Assembly: GCF_023055435.1 (NCBI RefSeq)
Contig: NW_025964001.1
Span: forward strand, 12,400,001 to 12,464,000
DNA length: 64,000 bases
From: Haliotis rufescens
Taxonomy: Eukaryota
Direction: 5' to 3'
The notes under the pieces: model-generated
The model's database searches: none
Told to the model about the DNA's origin: nothing
What the model saw: only the letters and a program-made list of their open reading frames with translations
Shown: positions 37,001 to 50,099 of the stretch, piece after piece
Numbering within the stretch: the first letter of the stretch is position 1
How the letters are laid out: each line of letters opens with the position of its first letter
Position numbers and translations under genes: made by a program

Positions 37001-37696
37001 TGCTCTTGTTAAGGCAAATAAATGTTTATGCATAAAGTTAGCTTGCATCTTCTGAAACACATAAACACACACATATATCTTTTGACAACCTGTACCCTAC
37101 GCTGTAGCTGCTTTCTGTAATTTAAAGATCTGTGGTTTAAAGGCATGATTTTGCCTCAGTGTCAAGATGTTAATTAGGAGTACTCTGTAGATATTCTTTG
37201 TTAAAGCAAATGCTAGTCAAGCCAAAGACCAGATCCGAACATTGGAACAATGTGTGAAATGGTGCCCTGCAATGTGATGTTGCTAGAATATTGCAAGAAG
37301 CAGCAAAAAATGACACTCACCACAAAGTTAAACCAAGATGCTGAATGAAAGAAGTTGTTACCTCTTCTGCAGTCACAAACAGACTGACAAACTAGCTTCA
37401 CAAGACAGCTGTCTTAATGTTCTGATTGTGTAATAAAGGCACGTGTGTGTTACAGATGACCATCCACCAGGCATCATCCTGGAGGCCCCCTTTAACAACA
37501 TCCGAGAAGCTGCCGCCAACCACCCTTTTGCCATTGTGAGTATCCAGGCTGGAACTGTGTGTATGAGAAGTAAGACAAATCCATCAAAATGTGAGATCAG
37601 TTTGTGAGATTTGTAGGCGAGACCTGTGAGCAAGATAGGTGTGTCAGATGTGGATTGTGCAGAGTAATTGTTTTTGTTTTTGTTTTTGGCACGGTT

Positions 37697-37731
<35 letters not shown>

Positions 37732-40700
37732 TCCCACCGTTTCCGGACCATAACTCAGAAACCGTTTAATTTTTTTTCCGCGAAACTTTGTATACACATT
37801 AACCCAGCACTGAATTGGTGCCTTTTGCTATTTAGAGATTTTTGACATTTTTATTTTTTCTCGTTTCCATGGAGATAACTTGAACATAGACTCTGAATGG
37901 GGGGTAAGCTTGGTTTCCGGACCATAACTCATAAACCGTTTAATATTTTTTTCGCGAAACTTTGTATACACATTAACCAAGCACTGAAGTGGTGCCTTTT
38001 GCTATTTAGAGATTTTTGACATTTTTATTTTTTCTCGTTTCCATGGAGATAAGTTGAACATAGACTCTGAATGGGGGTGAGCTTGGTTTCCGGACCATAA
38101 CTCGGAAACCGTTTAATATTTTTTCGCGAAACTTTGTATACACATTAACCCAGCACTGAAGTGGTGCCTTTTGCTATTTAGAGATTTTTGACATTTTTAT
38201 TTTTTTCTCGTTTCCATGGAGATAACTTGAACATAGACTCTGAATGGGGGTAAGCTTGGTTTCCGGACCATAACTCGGAAACCGTTTAATATTTTTTTCG
38301 CGAAACTTTGTATACACATTAACCCAGCACTGAAGTGGTGCCCATTAGTTGTTTGAAATTTCTAGGAGTTCTATTTTTGTCTCTGTTATTTAGTAATGGA
38401 GGGTGGGAATGAAGAGATGGGGTTTAACGTGAAGTAAACGAATGAATGGGGGTTAGGGGAGTGGGGGGAGACATATGTTTTTACGAGTAAAAACACTTTC
38501 TAGTTATAACCTTATTATCCCCCGCCCTAACGAAGTGCGTGCGTGCGTGTGTGTGCGTGTGCGTGTGCGTGAGTGCATGTGCGTGTGTGTGTGCGTGTGT
38601 GCGTCCCGAAATCGTTTCCGGAGCATAACTCAGAAACCGTTAAATATTTCTCTATGAAACTTTGCATGTCTATCAGACTCATGCTTAACTGATGCCTTTT
38701 GCTATTTAGAAATTTTATAAATTTTTATTTTTTACGTTTCAATGGCAACAAGTTGGACTTAGGTTCTATAAGGGTGCTGTTCGTTTCCGGAGCGTAACTC
38801 TAAAACGGTTAACCGTTAAATAATTTCTTACAAAACTTTGCATGTTTACCAGACACATACTGAACTGGTGCCTTTTGCTATTTAGGAGTTTTATAAATTT
38901 TTATTTTTTACGTTTCCATTGCAACAAGTTGGACTTAGGTTCTATAGGGTAGAGTTTGTTTCCGGAGCATAACTCAAAACCCATTCAATACTTTCCAACA
39001 AAAACTCTGCATGTTTACCAGACACATACTGGACTGGTGCCTCTTGCTATTTAGGAATTTTAGAAATTTTTATTGTTTATGTTTCCATGACAACAAGTTG
39101 GATTTAAGTTTTAATATAGGATTGGTTTACTTAAGTAATATAACAAATAAACTGTTAAATATTTCCATGCCAAACATTGCATGTCTATATATAAAGCGCA
39201 TACTGAACTAGTGTCATTTGATATTAAGGAGTTTTAGAAATGTTTATTTTAGAATTTCCATTGCAGCTATTTTGACATGGGCTAAGAGAAATGTTGGGTC
39301 AGTTACCTGGTTTGGGACCATAACGTGTTAAAATGGGCGGGGGATATAGATGACTTTGTCAACTATATGCTTGTTATTTAAGCAGTGTTGGTTTTAAAAA
39401 GAAGATATGGAACATGAATGTCAATAAAGAAGACATTCGTGTATCATGTCAATGTGGGGTTCTGGGATAGATTTGTAACCAGTCACCTATGCTTGACGTA
39501 AGAGTTGACAAATATGAATTTGTTGGTTGATTGCATGTCATCATACCCCGATAGGGGCGGTCGGCTAGCCTAGTGGTTAAAGCGTTCGCTCGTCACACCG
39601 AAGACCCGGGTTCGATTCCCGACATGGGTACAATGTGTGAAGCCCATTTCTGGTGTCCCCCGCCGTGATATTGCTGGAATATTGCTAAAAGCGGCGTGAA
39701 ACCATACTCACTCACTCATACCCCGATATATTATTACATCACTTACAGCCTGCCATGAAATAGCTAGAAATTTGCTGTCTGTGGATACAACAACAAAGGA
39801 ACAAAAAACAAGACTCTTTTGTAACACACAAATCTTGATATGATATTGGAACAATAGTGTCAAGGGGAAGTTTTCTTGTGGTAGGTTGAATATGGATCTG
39901 ATATGGGGCAGTGTGTAGCCACATGTTTTAGCATTGGCATGGTATTTGTTAGACCCATGTTATCCTTAGCACATTGGGTACAATCTACAGTCCCTGCTGT
40001 GATGTGGCTGGTATAGTGCTTATAGTGTCATTATACCTCACTCACTCGTTGACAACTGCCTATGTGACACCTGTCAGGAATATTTAACTGCTGGCCCGTG
40101 GATGGTTAAAATTAAGAAAGGATTGCTGAAACGTAAAGTAGATAGCCCGTCTGGCAAGTCAAACTTTCACCCAATCTCTGTGTATGTTTTTTTTTTTAAT
40201 TGGACACTGCTCGTATTTTGAGAAAAATATTTGGGAGGATAAGGTCATGTGAATGGTTAACTCAAAGATCACCCTGGTAGAATGACACAACCATCGTCCA
40301 TACTCATAAAGTAGCCATAAAATGAGCCAACATATAATCTCAGAGTGCAGGAAAAGACGTTTTAGGGGTGAGGATCACATTGGGTAACTCAGTCATGACC
40401 TCCAACATTCAGTTTTGGGTCAGTTAGTTTGGAGAAGGGCCAGTAACTTTTGAAAGGAGCAAGCCCTACTTGCTACATACTACTAATTTGTTGTTAAATC
40501 TACCCCTGCCTGTTTTCTTGTGTGTCTTGGTTTGACTGACAATGACTTGTTCCACTTTTCAGCCCTACCGCCTTCTGCCCTGGTTCACCTGGGTCTTCGT
40601 TGATGGCATCAAGGAACATGGTATCCACTTCAGCACTGATGAAAAGTAATGTTCTTATTTATATAAATGTCAGACACACCTTTGTTTTACTTACCAGTAG

Positions 40701-43700
40701 CTGCATGAAAATTCAGCTGCATCATTAGATGCATCTTTGGGTATCAGGTGGTCAAAATGGATGTATGATGTGGTCAACACTTGATAGGTGACCACTAGGT
40801 TCTACCGACTCTCATGTGTGATCTGACTGTTGTCTTGGCAGCATGGGTTGACATCCATAAAATCAACCGCTGGTTTATCTGTGGCAGGTGGTACACTAGT
40901 AGTAATATTAACTACTGTGGTATAATTGATTTTCTTCGCAGTAAGTGACAAGTGCTGATCAGTATCTAATATTTCCTGTAGTAGAGGGGCGGTCGGGTAG
41001 CCTAGTGGTTAAAGCGTTCGCTCGTCACGCCGAAGACCCGGGTTCGATTCCCGACATGGGTACAATGTGTGAAGCCCATTTCTGGTGTCCCCCGCCGTGA
41101 TATTGCTGGAATATTGCTAAAAGCGGCGTAAAACCAAACTCACTCACTCACTCACTCCTGTAGTAGAGGGCATTTAAAGCTTCCTTCGTGTAATGATGAA
41201 ATTATCACAATAAATTAACAGTAACCATGGTAACATGGTTTATATTCTCCAAAAAGTATTCACATGAAATATGCAGTATCCAGTTCACTGCCACATTAAT
41301 GTTTACAATTGTTACAATTACCTTAGTTCAGATGGACAATGAAAAGGCAGAAATTTCTTTGTATGCATTTAATGCATCATCCTAGTTCATACTTAGCATT
41401 AAATTGATTTATTATAGGTTTTCATATGTACAATTTCATTAAAATCAGATCTTAGTTCTCACTACCTCTAAATAAAGATCTGAGGAAAACTCTATTACAA
41501 GTCACGTTAGAACAACCTTTCGCAAGCTTTGACTGACCATTGCAATAAGTCAGCATTAGCCAGTCAGAGAGCAGCTTTCTCCAGCTTTATGACGCTATTT
41601 GTGAACTGGCAACTTCCATTACGGACTACGCTTTAAAAAAAATCAATTGAAAATTGAAAACTAAACACAAGAAAATTCTGTAATATCTAATAGATGGCAG
41701 AGATTGTGTGGCAGTACTTGCCGTTGCCACTGGCTATGGAAAGTCTCTTCCGTTATAATTTTCTTACCATTGACGCGAAAGATAGGCGATGAAGTGTCGT
41801 ACAGCCCATAAGTGTCCTTCCTAATACCTTGTGTGAACCTTAAAAAACACATTCCGACTATCACTTTCCCGATCTGGTAAGCAACACTATGATTGGTCGG
41901 ATGAAAGGTCGTTCTGACATGACCTGTAATGGAATGTCCTCAGATCTTTTTTTACCAGTAGCAATAACTTATTTGAATGAGATTGACTTAGGTAATTTAT
42001 TTAGTTTTATTTCTAATCGACATATCAGGATATTTTTGAGTCGACTACAATTTCCACTCAGTCACACCCCTCATAAAGTGCTTGTCTTGAAAGTTGAGTT
42101 TTCCTCCTCAGTATTCGGAGTGTGAGTCCCCCCATTCTGATCCTCCATGCAGAGGATGATGCTGTGGTGCCATTCCATCTTGGAGAAAAGGTGAGATGCC
42201 TCGTCTCATTCCATGATGGTACCTGGCTCTAGGTCAGAATATGTACTTCACTCTCGTCAGAGAGAAAGAAACTGATACTGTTTGTTCAATCACAGTCAAG
42301 TAGCATTAAGTTAGCCAAGTTAAAGTTTCAAAACCTGTTTATGTTGTACCTGTGTGTAATTAGATATACCTTAATTACTGATTATTTATTATTTGATATA
42401 TTGACAAGGATGTTCTTCCACCTGTAACGATTCTGTTCGTAGGTATGCGTGTAATGATTCATCAGTTGTTGGTTGCATACTCTGTTACTATGGTTACACA
42501 GTATGAGGATTGCATCAGTTGGTCATGTATCGATACAAGATGATACAGGTATCGAAAAGGGTGACATGTTAATTGACATGGACGTAAATGATAAAATTCT
42601 ATTTTCTGAATATATGTACATGAGGTCTCAAGCTACTGTTTCATCTAGTGACTAAAATCTACGAAACAGTTTTAGTTGGGCTTCTATTAATTTCCTTTGA
42701 TGATGGCAATGTTTCCTTCATATATCAAGTGTTGTGTTTTCATTGACGTTGAATTGTTTTACAACCTTACTGTTTAGATACACATGGTATTGCAACAAAG
42801 TGCGTCTTTATAGATCTATTTGAATAACAGTGTTTATCAAAGGATTGGGTTGTCCAAATAGCTGTTAAATACTGATTGGTTGTTGGTTGGTTAACGCCGC
42901 ACTCAGCAATATTCCAGCTATATGACGGCGGTCTGTAAATAATGGAGTCTGGACCAGACAATCCAGTGATTAATATCATGAGCATCGATCCACGCTATTG
43001 GGATCGATGACATGCATCAACCAAGTCAGCGAGCCTGACCACCCGATCCTGTTAGTCGCCTTTTACGACAAGCATAGTCGCCTTTTGAGGCAAGCATGGG
43101 TTGCTGAAGACCTATTCTACCCCCTGAATCTTCATGGGTCATGTTAAATACTTAGTGATGGATGGATGAGTCACAGACTCCTGGTGGACTGGTTGAATCT
43201 GGTTGAATCTGTATCGTTGTGCCATAAGCTCTTTCTCCACCGGTCTGGTCTGGTCCAGGGTCCCGTTTCACAAAGCGATTTTAGCACTGAGACATTTGCA
43301 ACTCCCATAGTTTAACATAGACTTATAACAATCATAGCACTAAGATCATTTTATTAAACAGGGCTCTTGTGATATAGCTGTCTCCTGTTTGAACTTGTTC
43401 ACTCCGTTTGTAAAAAATTATATTTGTTTGAATACAGTAATTACACTGGCCCTTATTTTGTCCTACAGCTGTACGAACACGCCAAACAGTCCAAGCCGGA
43501 TCACCATGCTGTGGTGGAGTTCAAGCGCTTTCCTGCTCACCATGGTTTTGGGCATAAACACATATTCAAATCGCCAGAACTGCCTGAGATTATCAGGTGA
43601 GAGATGGCTCTCTGATTCATGTTATTACATTTTCTTTACAATGTCATGGTTACAATGGCCAGATCACCCTCTTCATCTGTCCACATAATTTAAGACTTTT

Positions 43701-44605
43701 TTCAGGTTTTTTTATTGAAACATTTCAACTGAGATTTTGGTCATATTTATGTACTGACATGAACATGATTTTATAGATAGAAATATATTTACTGTCAGCA
43801 CAGTCACATTCAACATTTACAAGTTGTGAATGAGTGAGTGAGTATGAATTTATACCTCTTTTGGCAATATTCCAGCAATATCACGGTAGGGGACACCAGA
43901 AATGGGCTTCACACGTTGTTCCCATGTGGGGAATCAAACCCCTTGCCTTCGACGTGACAAGTAAATGCTTTAAACACTAGGCTACCCCACCACCCTTCAA
44001 ATTAATATCTTCCAGAATCTATATGAATCAAATTGAACACCAAGGACATGCAAAAGCAAGCTTAACAGGCTTAATGTAACGAAATTAGTTGCATGAAGGT
44101 TGAATTGCTATTGTCTTTCATGTGAATTTAATACTGACAAATGCCCCTGTTAATCCTTTTTTTGTTTTTGTTGTTTAATGCTGCACTCAGCAATATTCCA
44201 GCTATATGACGGCGGTCTGTAAATAATTGAGTCTGGACCAGACAATCCAGTGATTGACATCATGAACATCAATCTATGCAAATGGGATACGATGACATAC
44301 ATCAACCAAGTCAGCGAGTCTGACCACCAGATCCCATTAGTTGCCTCTTCCGACAAGCACAGTCGCCTTTTACGGCAAGCATGGGTTGCTGAAGACCTAT
44401 TCTTCCCCGGATCTTCATGGGTCCCCCCCCTCCTGTTAAGTAGTTCACCAAGTCTTTAGACTTTACACAAGGTATAAGGTGGTGATGTTGTGACTTATCT
44501 GATTTGTGTTTACTTTGCCAATTAAGAAAATATCAATCAAGCTACCATATTAACTTCTTTTTTTTCAGGTCTTTTGTTCACAAGGCACTGGAGAGGAAGA
44601 AATAA
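22579..44605 (+). CDS. ABHD12: Lysophosphatidylserine lipase ABHD12 (copy 1), 12 coding exons
   Basis: Exons 22579-22676, 28137-28267, 30880-30985, 32061-32180, 33501-33577, 35303-35432, 36741-36778, 37456-37535, 40563-40645, 42112-42190, 43469-43596, 44569-44605, all phase-compatible. N-terminal TM helix, [25 protein letters not shown], nucleophile [21 protein letters not shown] (Asp), GFGHKHI (His). Start codon choice (22579 vs 22600) is uncertain. Confidence 0.95.
23731..24092 (+). mobile_element. tRNA-derived SINE family D (Meta-domain-like core, (CACCT)n tail)
   Basis: A/B boxes, 13-bp TSD TATGATGAAACTA; decayed copies about 3224-3568(-), 7362-7635(-), 18690-18980(+). Confidence 0.85.
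24342..25001. mobile_element. Kolobok/T2-like MITE, copy 2 (inverted relative to copy 1)
   Basis: TTAA-AGGGCAAGTTCAC ... GTGTACACTTCCCCT-TTAA. Confidence 0.85.
28747..30418. mobile_element. pogo/Tigger-type non-autonomous element (~1.67 kb)
   Basis: TA-CAGTCATTCCTCGC ... GCGAGGGATGACTG-TA terminal inverted repeats; no transposase ORF seen. Confidence 0.7.
31017..31099 (+). repeat. (CT)n microsatellite
   Basis: Near-perfect TC run just after ABHD12 exon 3. Confidence 0.97.
34052..34508. mobile_element. AcademH-like non-autonomous DNA transposon
   Basis: About 65-bp TIRs with CA...TG ends, perfect 9-bp TSD ATGGTAGCT; interior translates to [18 protein letters not shown] (helicase Q-motif-like). 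Confidence 0.8.
34975..35253 (+). mobile_element. tRNA(Leu)-like-headed SINE family C
   Basis: GTGGCC.AGTCGTCTAAGGCGC ... GTGGGTT(C/T)GAATCCC head and TTTCCTCC(C)AC core; copies at 11231-11495(-), 17160-17445(-), 44935-45215(+), about 51400-51695(-). Confidence 0.85.
35402..36469 (+). repeat. 39-bp minisatellite derived from the ABHD12 exon 6 / intron junction (about 28 units)
   Basis: Unit TCTTCTTTCTCTGGGGTCACTCACTCGGCACAGCGTAAG; the first unit overlaps the coding exon end ([10 protein letters not shown]) and the real donor. Confidence 0.97.
36846..37212 (+). repeat. Two-copy ~185-bp direct tandem duplication in an ABHD12 intron
   Basis: GCATAAAG...CTTGCATCTTCTGAAACA...AAAGGCATGATTTTGC...AGTGTCAAG...GTTAA.GCAAAT occurs at about 36846 and 37030. 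Confidence 0.75.
37683..38505 (+). mobile_element. Helentron-associated non-autonomous element (HINE-like) with ~176-bp internal tandem repeats
   Basis: T-run start, (GGCGTC)n microsatellite, 3-4 near-identical units beginning GTTTCCGGACCATAACTC, terminal hairpin TGTTTTTAC-GA-GTAAAAACA followed by CTAG. Confidence 0.75.
38512..39375 (+). mobile_element. Second HINE-like element, directly adjacent
   Basis: Sub-terminal IRs TATCCCCCGCCC / GGGCGGGGGATA, (GT/GCGT)n microsatellite, diverged related internal units, short 3' palindrome. Confidence 0.75.
40986..41156 (+). mobile_element. tRNA-derived SINE family A (~170 bp, (CACT)n tail)
   Basis: A box TAGCCTAGTGG, B box GGTTCGATTCC, TSD CCTGTAGTAGA. 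Near-identical copies with TSDs at 19097-19264(-), 19703-19865(-), 39554-39715(+); older copies about 7790-7950, 27110-27265, 43831-43995, 57471-57622. Confidence 0.9.
41431..41985. mobile_element. AcademH-like element, older copy retaining helicase motif I relic
   Basis: Same TIRs; interior translates to [22 protein letters not shown] at about 41687-41752. Confidence 0.75.
42876..43140 (-). mobile_element. SINE-like family B without tRNA head (~270 bp, (AAAC/AACC)n tail)
   Basis: More than 12 related copies, e.g. 255-486, 1203-1372, 1444-1689, 14840-15038, 25078-25308, 44165-44423, 55005-55260, 55579-55833, 58985-59215; 3' tail shared with families A and C. Confidence 0.85.
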
Positions 44606-46604
44606 TCAAGATATTGCTGAAATTTCACAGCGGAACTCAGGGAATCACGTGATTAGCATTCCAAACTGTGGAATATATGGAAAATGTACTGCTGTTAATA
44701 TTGTGATACACAACAAACTTCATTGTATTCCTGATCTTTTAGTCTTATATTAGGAGAGAGTATCCTTACACATGTTCTACGGTTTGTCATTTCTGATATT
44801 GAAAGTTCTTCTGCTTTCGTTTCACAGATGGCCCTAGTGGTCTGCAACACACTGTACAGAGTTGCATCCCTTTGCCATGCCAGTTTTTGCTCTAATGATG
44901 ATCCTTAGTCTGTTAGGACTGTCTTTCGGTGGGGGGGGGGGGGGGGGGGTACAGTCGTCTAAGATGCCACAATTCGCTGTGCAGAGTTGTGTCCCTTGGG
45001 CACGCCAGAAACCTATGATTGTGGGTTTGAATCCAGGTTCACCCTGATTATGTTTCTAGGTTGTCAGCACCATACCTGTGCTTGTGGTTTTCACCAAAGT
45101 GGTAAACGTCTGAGACCTGCATCACTTCGGGCTTTCCTCCCACATTAAGGTGACACGCTGTGATATAACTGGAATACTGTTAAAAGAGGCATTAAACACA
45201 ACTCACTCACTCACTATCTTTCGTTGTAGGTATATGGCAACGAATATACATGTATCGCTTTGGGCATTTCCCCCAAACTATTGCTGGAACTCTGTGATAG
45301 TGGTACAACTGATGTACTGTTAAACCCATCTCACAAACTCACTGTCCTACCTGCTTGTGTGTTCTGGAAACTGGTATTCCTGCAATTAAAGACTGCATGT
45401 TTATGTTGTTTGCATAGCCACATACATGCCTGAAATAGCCACATGTACACAACAACAAACAAGTATTCAATAACTGAATGAATGAATGAATGAATAATTT
45501 GAATAGAAAAATATGAATAATTATGTCAAATGTTTCATTCAAAGCAATGATTTTTTCAGTTGATCTCAAGAGTTAAAGACTGAAATAAGTCTTGATGATA
45601 AATGTATACTTTTGTTTTATAAAACTTGTAATTAGGGTTTTTAATTGATGAATTGTTTGTTTGTTTATATTGTTAATCTTTTGTCACAAGAAGGTAGCAT
45701 GGTATTTTTAGACTTAAAAATATTTGTTTAGTCTTATGTAGAAAATTGTATTTTAGCACTTATTTATGTTGTGCTTTGTTTGTGCTTTCCACCTACCTTC
45801 TGCAAGAATTTACCGGATACCAATGACTTTTATGGCCTCCTTGTGGTGTGTTGCTTTGATTGACTTTATGCATTAATGTAAGTTATTAACTTAGCTAAAC
45901 ATTCATACACCGAAGTACATTATATTTGTTATCTCATCTTGTCTTGTCAGTATTTATTAAACATTAGAAATAAACAGGAAAGCTTCAAGTACCTGGTCAG
46001 CTCATTGTCCAAAACATGATCTTGCTCTAATTATTAACATGAACTCACCCTTATTTTGTCTTTTTGTATGCTAAACATTTGCCCATAAACTCCCAGTAGT
46101 GCTGACAGGTTTCTACAGTGTGATTGGCCTCTTATACTTTGACCTTGGACGTGGGAGTTATGTGTTGATTTGTGTGGTTGATTTCATATTATTGTACCTG
46201 ATTTGCACTTCACATATGTATTGGTGTTGAATGCGAAGGTGTTGTGTTGGAAACGTTATTTATCAGGGTTATAGTTAGGCATGCTTATATTAACATTGAA
46301 CTGTGTGAAAAATATTGGTCACTCCAGACAAATGTAGAGGAAGGCATAAGCATATACTCCGAAACATTGTGTTTCGTCATAATAAAGAAGTTGACATCCA
46401 TAAATTCTCTTCCTTATCCGTAGATGTGGCCATTGGTATGTTATTCTGAGACTAGTGAACATCAAGAGGGTCGGCCTAGATACCTGGTACATAAATCACA
46501 ACTCGGAATGAGGTGAGGACTGGTTGGATACAACTAGTGGTGTCTTTGTCCAACCTATCATGACTGAAGTAATGAGTGTTGGAGTGAAATGGTTCAAACG
46601 AGAC

Positions 46605-46912
46605 AATCTTGACATTATTGGTCAATTTTGTGTTCCGATCCACATCTTGACATTATTGGTCATGTTATCGTCCCGCTCTAGATCTTGATATTATTGGTCA
46701 TGTTTGTGCCTCGCTCTAGATCTTGACATTATTGGTCATATTTGTGTCCCGGTCCACATCTTGACATTATTGGTCATGTTTTTGCCCTGCTCTAGATCTT
46801 GACATTATTGGTCATGGTTTCGTCCCGTTCTAGATCTTGACAATATTGGTCATATTTTTCGTCCAGTTCTTGATCTTGACATTATTGGTCATGTTTGTGT
46901 ACTGCTCTACAT
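46605..46912 (+). repeat. About 38-40-bp tandem repeat (about 8 units)
   Basis: Recurring TCTTGACATTATTGGTCAT...CTAGA. Confidence 0.9.
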
Positions 46913-48989
46913 CAGAAAGTGGACATGCTATAATATGACTGAAATACTGGGTTTAAACTTACCTACTTGACGCGGCTTCCAAGGGATAGGCTGTCTGTGT
47001 CCTATGGTTAACGGAGTAATGAACTTATACTACTATTGTATGTGGTATCAATGCAGTTTACAGTAACCTGGAGCAACAGGCATTGGTCCCTTTCTGAAAT
47101 ACCTGCATTGGTCTCTTCCTTAAATAAAAGCTTGTACATTCATCCTGATGACATATTTATATATATATGTATGTTGTTACAGTGCCTTGACAGAATGTTG
47201 TTATCTATATTTTACACAGAACCTTGTTATCTCTCTATGGCATAATAACCAGTTTTAGTCCGTGGATTGTTATCTCTATAGATCTGGCAATAACCACGAT
47301 GGTGTGGTCCAAGGAACAGACCACTAGTGGGATTGGCCAAGCCATGCCAACTTAATAATTGGAACAGCTTCTTGGCGCTAAGTTTGTGTCTCAGCATGTT
47401 TCACAGAGAAGTGTATGTCGTTAACATATACTTGGGTAATACGAAACATTGAAAGAGGAAATGAAAGATGTGCTGTATCTTGGAGACAAGGTAGATAATC
47501 TCTTGCTTTAATATTTGGAAGAAAAGGCTTTTGAGATAACAATTCTGCTGTTAACATGGTTTGTTCACTAAATGTTGTTAGTTTGAATACTAGTATTAGA
47601 TCTGACATATTGTTAATTTTGGTAAAGAGAAGACAGGTTTCAGTGTAGATGGGAGACGAAGGACATTGAAGAGAGCAGGACACCTGTATAACGTTTTGTA
47701 TTTGTGACAGAAAAAGCAAAAGGTATTTGAAGTAAGGGAGGATCGTGAAAACAAATAAATAGCCATTCTAGTGATTATTTATGTTTGTATGAAGAAGAGA
47801 AACAACCGGCTAGCACGTTCAGGTGCTTGTTTCCCCACTACAGATGAACCTTTGTAGCAGTAATGAGTAGATACTAGTATGTTTGTCACAAGAGAGGTAA
47901 TGGATGGACGGGTAGTGGTTGTCGTCTACATAATGGTGTACATTGCTGATGTAGCTAGAATGTGTCATGTGATTTTTAACCATGTCAAGTTTATTGGAGA
48001 GGGCCTGTTTCAGGTATTGTTGCCATGGATACAGCAGCATGTCACACTTGATATTTGAGCTGGCTGTTGTTTCGGAATGTGTTGGCCAGCAGGGAGAGGT
48101 GTCTGAGCAGATTGTGCTCTGTTATCAAACTGAACAATGCAAATGTGTTTTTCTTCCCGTGATATATGTCAGTGTTATTGAATAAATGTTGATAAGAGTT
48201 GGATTGAGTTATTATCTTATATATCTACAGGAAAGGGGAGGGTTTTATGTCTTCCTGGAATTAGGCACTAAACGCAATAAAATGAAAGAGAGCCTGTGGA
48301 GAATCGACCCCCAGTACCACATGATGGTCCAAAGAACGGACTAGGCGACTATGCTTGTGGTAAAAGGCGACTATGCTTGTGGTAAAAGGCGACTAACGGA
48401 TTGGGTGGTCAGGCTTGCTGACATGGTTGATGCATGTCATCCTATCACATTTGTGTAAATCGATGCTCAGTAGTCCAGACTCTTTCATTTACAGACTGCT
48501 GTCACACAGCTGGTATATTGCCGCGTGCGACATTAAACAGCAAACAAAACAAGAACAGAGTAATAATGGTAAGTTAGTAACAATGTGTTACCTGGTGGAC
48601 CTGGGCTCGAGTATTCATGGGTTGCCATGATACAGCTGGAATACTGCCAATTGTGTTATTAAACAACATCCACTCATTCATCCACAGTCAAACAAGCCGA
48701 CTCATCGAGATATGACTAAAATCGGCATATCGGTAAATATAAACTGCTGTGTTCATTCCACCCTTACATATGCTCTCCAAGAAAAGTAGGGGATATTCTA
48801 ACAAAACAGATTATTACAGAAATACAAAGAGGTATCAATGTGGTAATGGATGGATAAGTAGGAATGGTCCTCATTGGTTTATACATCATGGCATGGTCAC
48901 CCAGTGACAATTTGAGGGTGTCTTGTCTACTCTTGCAGTGCCTGTCCCTGGCCTTAACATATTGGGTGATCTTTGACGTTGGTGTACAG

Positions 48990-49452
48990 TAGGGCTGCAA
49001 CGAATACACTATGAGGCGAATACGATTCATATCACGAATATAGGGTAACGAATACGAATATTAATTCACAATTACAATAACAAGTCAGCAGTTTATGTAT
49101 TATTTATTATATTCAGTGAACCAATAAATTCATAATTTATTTGACATGGTTTGTTAATTATTGATAAATTATACATTTATATACTGCACTTATCCAGGTA
49201 CTAGTATCTGCTCAAATGCGAAAATGACCAGTGAAAACAATACTATCAAATTAAATATTATTAGAGTGTTGTCAATTAAAGAAATCTATGCATATAATAT
49301 GTTGTTATGGAGATTTTTAGGTACAGGGTATGTAAATATACATGATAGCATATTCATAAATATTTAATTCTAGTGGCCATGAATAACGAATTCAATTCAT
49401 GAATGGTTACGGTTCGATTCACCGAATACGCGAGTGAATCGTTACAGCCCTA
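48990..49452. mobile_element. hAT-type MITE
   Basis: TIRs TAGGGCTGCAACGA / TCGTTACAGCCCTA with perfect 8-bp TSD GTGTACAG. Confidence 0.85.
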
Positions 49453-50099
49453 GTGTACAGGTCCCCGAACATCTCCCAGACGTGTTCTCTCGGGGAAGGT
49501 CAGAACTCATGGCTTGCCATAGCATTCTGGTGACGTTCTGCACCTGGAGGTAGTCGGTTACGATACGTGCACGTGGACACAGGCGTTGTCTTCTTGAGAG
49601 ACAAAACCCTGGAACAGCATGGCCTGTAAACGGCACAACTATTAGAGCCACTTGTTTGGGCTCGATTACTTAAAGCCTGATGTCTGCTAAATCGACAATT
49701 TTCATAATGGTAACCATGTCTGTATTTTGAGGGCAATACCTACCTGATTCTTTCCTCCCACTCTGTTTCAAAGAGACGCTTCTTTGCATCGCCTCAGAGC
49801 TGAAAAAGATCTTTCTGCTTCTGCACTACGGATGGGAAGAGTGAAAATAATATTGGGTTTAATGTAGTAGAATCTGTGTACAAAATGTTTTCTTTCGTTT
49901 TCTAAAGATGGACAAATAAACAAATAATGAAATTCATCACCTATGTCAGATAATTTGCAAAGTTGGCATTTCCTTTCGGTTAAAGGTATTTTTCTCCATC
50001 TCCCAGTTTCAATAGGTAGATCATGATTACAAGTTCTAAACTTAAGTAAGACTCGCCACTCGACGGATCACTGACTGCCGAAAAACAGAATCTTATACT

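Noticed and set aside
40986-41060. Possible tRNA-Asp(GTC) gene
   Set aside because: A/B boxes are present but there is no proper acceptor stem; it continues into a SINE body with a tail and TSDs and occurs in many copies.
44928-44949. Long G run as a G-quadruplex element
   Set aside because: It is an expanded G-rich 5' end of a family C SINE, and homopolymer length is unreliable.
46330-46410. Penelope-like terminal sequence / minimal hammerhead (GAGGAAGGC...CCGAAAC...AATAAAG)
   Set aside because: The required CTGANGA core is absent and I could not build the three stems.
47036-48185. Short ORFs with a PDDIF motif suggesting a reverse transcriptase relic
   Set aside because: No other RT motifs in consistent order or strand; cannot be supported without a profile search.
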